Part shown: one piece after another, positions 61,001-64,000 of the stretch
Position numbering within the stretch: position 1 is the first letter of the stretch
Layout: each line of letters begins with the position of its first letter
Origin: Macrostomum lignano
Lineage: Eukaryota
Reading direction: 5' to 3'
DNA: 64,000 nucleotides
NCBI GenBank assembly: GCA_002269645.1
Contig: NIVC01001082.1
Span: 62,001-126,000 of the forward strand
Position numbers and translations under genes: made by a program
The notes under the pieces: generated by a model
The model's input: only the letters and a program-made list of their open reading frames with translations
What the model was told of the DNA's origin: nothing
Database searches by the model: none

Positions 61001-64000
61001 AATTAAGGACATGGTAGGCGGGGTAATTAAGGACATGGGGTGGCAGGGTAATTAGGGACATGGGTGGCAGGGTAATTAAGGACATGGGTGGCAGGGTAAT
61101 TAAGGACTTGGGTGGCAGGGTAATTAGGGACATGGGTGGCAGGGTAATTAAGGACATGGGTGGCAGGGTAATTAGGGATATGGGTGGCAGGGTAATTAAG
61201 GACATGGTAGGCGGGGTAATTAAGGACATGGGGTGGCAGGGTAATTAGGGACATGGGTGGCAGGGTAATAAAGGACATGGGTGGCAGGGTAATAAAGAAC
61301 ATGGGTGGCAGGGTAATTAGGGACAGGGTCACAGCTGGTAGCAGTGCTAGATAAACTCCCAATCTACAACGATTTCAGCTGGACGTGTACACCTCTCAGC
61401 CAGGCTGCAATGTTGTTCAATTTCTGCTCGAAAATATTCGCTGTTTTGAAAGTCAGCGCACTCCATCGCTGGTCTTGCTCATCTACTCGTGCCTGCTCAG
61501 CCTCGGCGTGGACAGGTGCGTGATCGGTGATTCAGATCCACTTGCTTCACTGGATCCACTCTTAGCTTCACTGGTTCAACCCGTAGATTCACAGGTTCAA
61601 CCCGTAGCTTCACTGGTTCAACCCGTAGCTTCACTGGTTCCACTCTTAGCTTCACTGGTTCCACTCTTAGCTTCACTGGTTCCACTCTTAGCTTCACTGG
61701 ATCCACTCTTAGCTTCACTGGTTCCACTCTTAGCTTCACTGGTTCCACTCTTAGCTTCACTGGTTCCACTCTTAGCTTCACTGGTTCCACTCTTAGCTTC
61801 ACTGGTTCCACTCTTAGCTTCACTGGATCCACTCTTAGCTTCACTGGTTCCACTCTTAGCTTCACTGGTTCCACTCTTAGCTTCACTGGTTCAACCCGTA
61901 GCTTCACAGGTTCAACCCGTAGCTTCACTGGTTCCACTCTTAGCTTCACTGGTTCAACCCGTAGCTTTACTGGTTCCACTCGTAGCTTCACTGGTTCCAC
62001 TCTTAGCTTCACTGGTTCCACTCTTAGCTTCACTGGTTCCACTCTTAGCTTCACTGGTTCCACTCTTAGCTTCACTGGTTCCACTCTTAGCTTCACTGGT
62101 TCCACTCTTAGCTTCACTGGTTCCACTCTTAGCTTCACTGGATCCACTCTTAGCTTCACTGGTTCCACTCTTAGCTTCACTGGTTCCACTCTTAGCTTCA
62201 CTGGTTCAACCCGTAGCTTCACAGGTTCAACCCGTAGCTTCACTGGTTCCACTCTTAGCTTCACTGGTTCAACTCTTAGCTTCACTGGTTCCACTCTTAG
62301 CTTCACTGGTTCCACTCTTAGCTTCACTGGTTCCACTCTTAGCTTCACTGGTTCCACTCTTAGCTTCACTGGTTCCACTCTTAGCTTCACTGGTTCCACT
62401 CTTAGCTTCACTGGTTCCACTCTTAGCTTCACTGGTTCCACTCTTAGCTTCACTGGTTCCACTCTTAGCTTCACTGGTTCCACTCTTAGCTTCACTGGTT
62501 CCACTCTTAGCTTCACTGGATCCACTCTTAGCTTCACTGGTTCCACTCTTAGCTTCACTGGTTCCACTCTTAGCTTCACTGGTTCAACCCGTAGCTTCAC
62601 AGGTTCAACCCGTAGCTTCACTGGTTCCACTCTTAGCTTCACTGGTTCAACTCTTAGCTTCACTGGTTCCACTTTTAGCTTCACTGGTTCCACTCTTAGC
62701 TTCACTGGTTCCACTCTTAGCTTCACTGGTTCCACTCTTAGCTTCACTGGTTCCACTCTTAGCTTCACTGGTTCCACTCTTAGCTTCACTGGTTCCACTC
62801 TTAGCTTCACTGGTTCCACTCTTAGCTTCACTGGTTCCACTCTTAGCTTCACTGGTTCCACTCTTAGCTTCACTGGTTCCACTCTTAGCTTCACTGGTTC
62901 CACTCTTAGCTTCACTGGTTCCACTCTTAGCTTCACTGGTTCAACCCGTAGCTTCACAGGTTCAACCCGTAGCTTCACTGGTTCCACTCTTAGCTTCACT
63001 GGTTCAACCCGTAGCTTTACTGGTTCCACTCGTAGCTTCACTGGTTCCACTCTTAGCTTCACTGGTTCCACTCTTAGCTTCACTGGTTCCACTCTTAGCT
63101 TCACTGGTTCAACCCGTAGCTTCACAGGTTCAACCCGTAGCTTCACTGGTTCCACTCTTAGCTTCACTGGTTCAACTCTTAGCTTCACTGGTTCCACTTT
63201 TAGCTTCACTGGTTCCACTCTTAGCTTCACTGGTTCCACTCTTAGCTTCACTGGTTCCACTCTTAGCTTCACTGGTTCCACTCTTAGCTTCACTGGTTCC
63301 ACTCTTAGCTTCACTGGTTCCACTCTTAGCTTCACTGGTTCCACTCTTAGCTTCACTGGTTCCACTCTTAGCTTCACTGGTTCCACTCGTAGCTTCACTG
63401 GTTCCACTCTTAGCTTCACTGGTTCCACTCTTAGCTTCACTGGTTCCACTCTTAGCTTCACTGGTTCCACTCTTAGCTTCACTGGTTCCACTCTTAGCTT
63501 CACTGGTTCCACTCTTAGCTTCACTGGTTCCACTCTTAGCTTCACTGGTTCCACTCTTAGCTTCACTGGTTCCACTCTTAGCTTCACTGGTTCCACTCTT
63601 AGCTTCACTGGTTCCACTCTTAGCTTCACTGGTTCCACTCTTAGCTTCACTGGTTCAACTCTTAGCTTCACTGGTTCCACTCTTAGCTTCACTGGTTCCA
63701 CTCTTAGCTTCACTGGTTCCACTCGTAGCTTCACTGGTTCCACTCTTAGCTTCACTGGTTCCACTCGTAGCTTCACTGGTTCCACTCTTAGCTTCACTGG
63801 TTCCACTCTTAGCTTCACTGGTTCCACTCTTAGCTTCACTGGTTCCACTCGTAGCTTCACTGGTTCCACTCGTAGCTTCACTGGTTCCAGTGCTTCAAGA
63901 AGACAACTTTAAAGTGACTTATACATGTATCATGTTGGAGCCTTCAGATTTCGGTATACCATGTCAAATCAATCCAGACCCGCATACAAGCCGCCGGATG
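58012..64000 (+). CDS. MINDY4: MINDY4/FAM188B-like deubiquitinase-fold protein, probably catalytically inactive; incomplete at the 3' end
   Basis: Phase-compatible exons 58012-58328, 58802-59344, 59799-59912, 60358-60587, 60668-60734, 61379-61515 and probably 63948 onward. Peptides EPITEKQIE|SLRVALFG..RFSPDWASQGFHF, AVQAELLRQLLF, ALARAFSSIVARCG, YVKDGLSEKL, VQFLLENIRCFE..SLVLLIYSCLLS follow the MINDY4 domain order. Confidence 0.8.
58345..58686. repeat. 15-bp minisatellite (GCTGGCGCCTCTGGT)n, intronic
   Basis: About 22 units, starting 17 nt after the putative donor at 58329. Confidence 0.93.
59455..59610. repeat. 17-bp minisatellite (GAGTGACAGTTGACTGA)n, intronic
   Basis: About 8 degenerate units. 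Confidence 0.85.
60127..60310 (-). pseudogene. Two tandem degenerate tRNA-like sequences (pseudo-tRNAs or SINE heads)
   Basis: Each has an A-box (GCCGAGTGGT) and a B-box (GGTTCGAA); anticodon-like loops CTGTCAG and CTGGTGA, but the stems pair poorly. Confidence 0.6.
60855..61325. repeat. 24-bp minisatellite (GGGTAATTAAGGACATGGGTGGCA)n, intronic
   Basis: About 19 units. Confidence 0.93.
61545..63890. repeat. 21-bp minisatellite (TTCACTGGTTCCACTCTTAGC)n, ~111 units
   Basis: Constant period; interspersed variant TTCACAGGTTCAACCCGTAGC. Confidence 0.96.

Noticed and set aside
61497-63881. 794-aa minus-strand ORF (VEPVKLR)n as a real protein
   Set aside because: It is a translation of a 21-bp tandem repeat antisense to an intron, with no independent gene signals.

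Overview
Eukaryotic (metazoan) genomic DNA with GC-rich exons, AT-rich spacers and very many minisatellites. The style suggests a free-living flatworm such as Macrostomum, but that is inference only. Recognisable intron-containing genes: CDP-diacylglycerol synthase (5' part, minus), minor-spliceosome SNRNP35, LIN54/tesmin-like (minus), GGNBP2/ZNF403, DCUN1D3-like (minus) and a MINDY4/FAM188B-like gene running off the right end. There are also two paralogous 75-aa hydrophobic microprotein genes and an intronless C-type lectin + PAN-like gene. Mobile DNA includes a short Ty3/Gypsy element lacking integrase, a foldback element with a 10-bp TSD, several hAT-, P- and Harbinger-type MITEs with TSDs, a Penelope GIY-YIG relic, a THAP relic and tRNA-derived sequences. 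The main points of interest: (1) the MINDY4-like protein appears to have lost its catalytic Cys and oxyanion Gln; (2) about 16 of 21 modelled introns carry a tandem array, mostly different from one another; (3) the twin microproteins; (4) a hairpin array bracketed by inverted arrays; (5) a poly(A)-signal array inside the SNRNP35 intron. All exon models and alignments were made by eye, from memory of the families. Most long ORFs in the supplied track are tandem-repeat artefacts.
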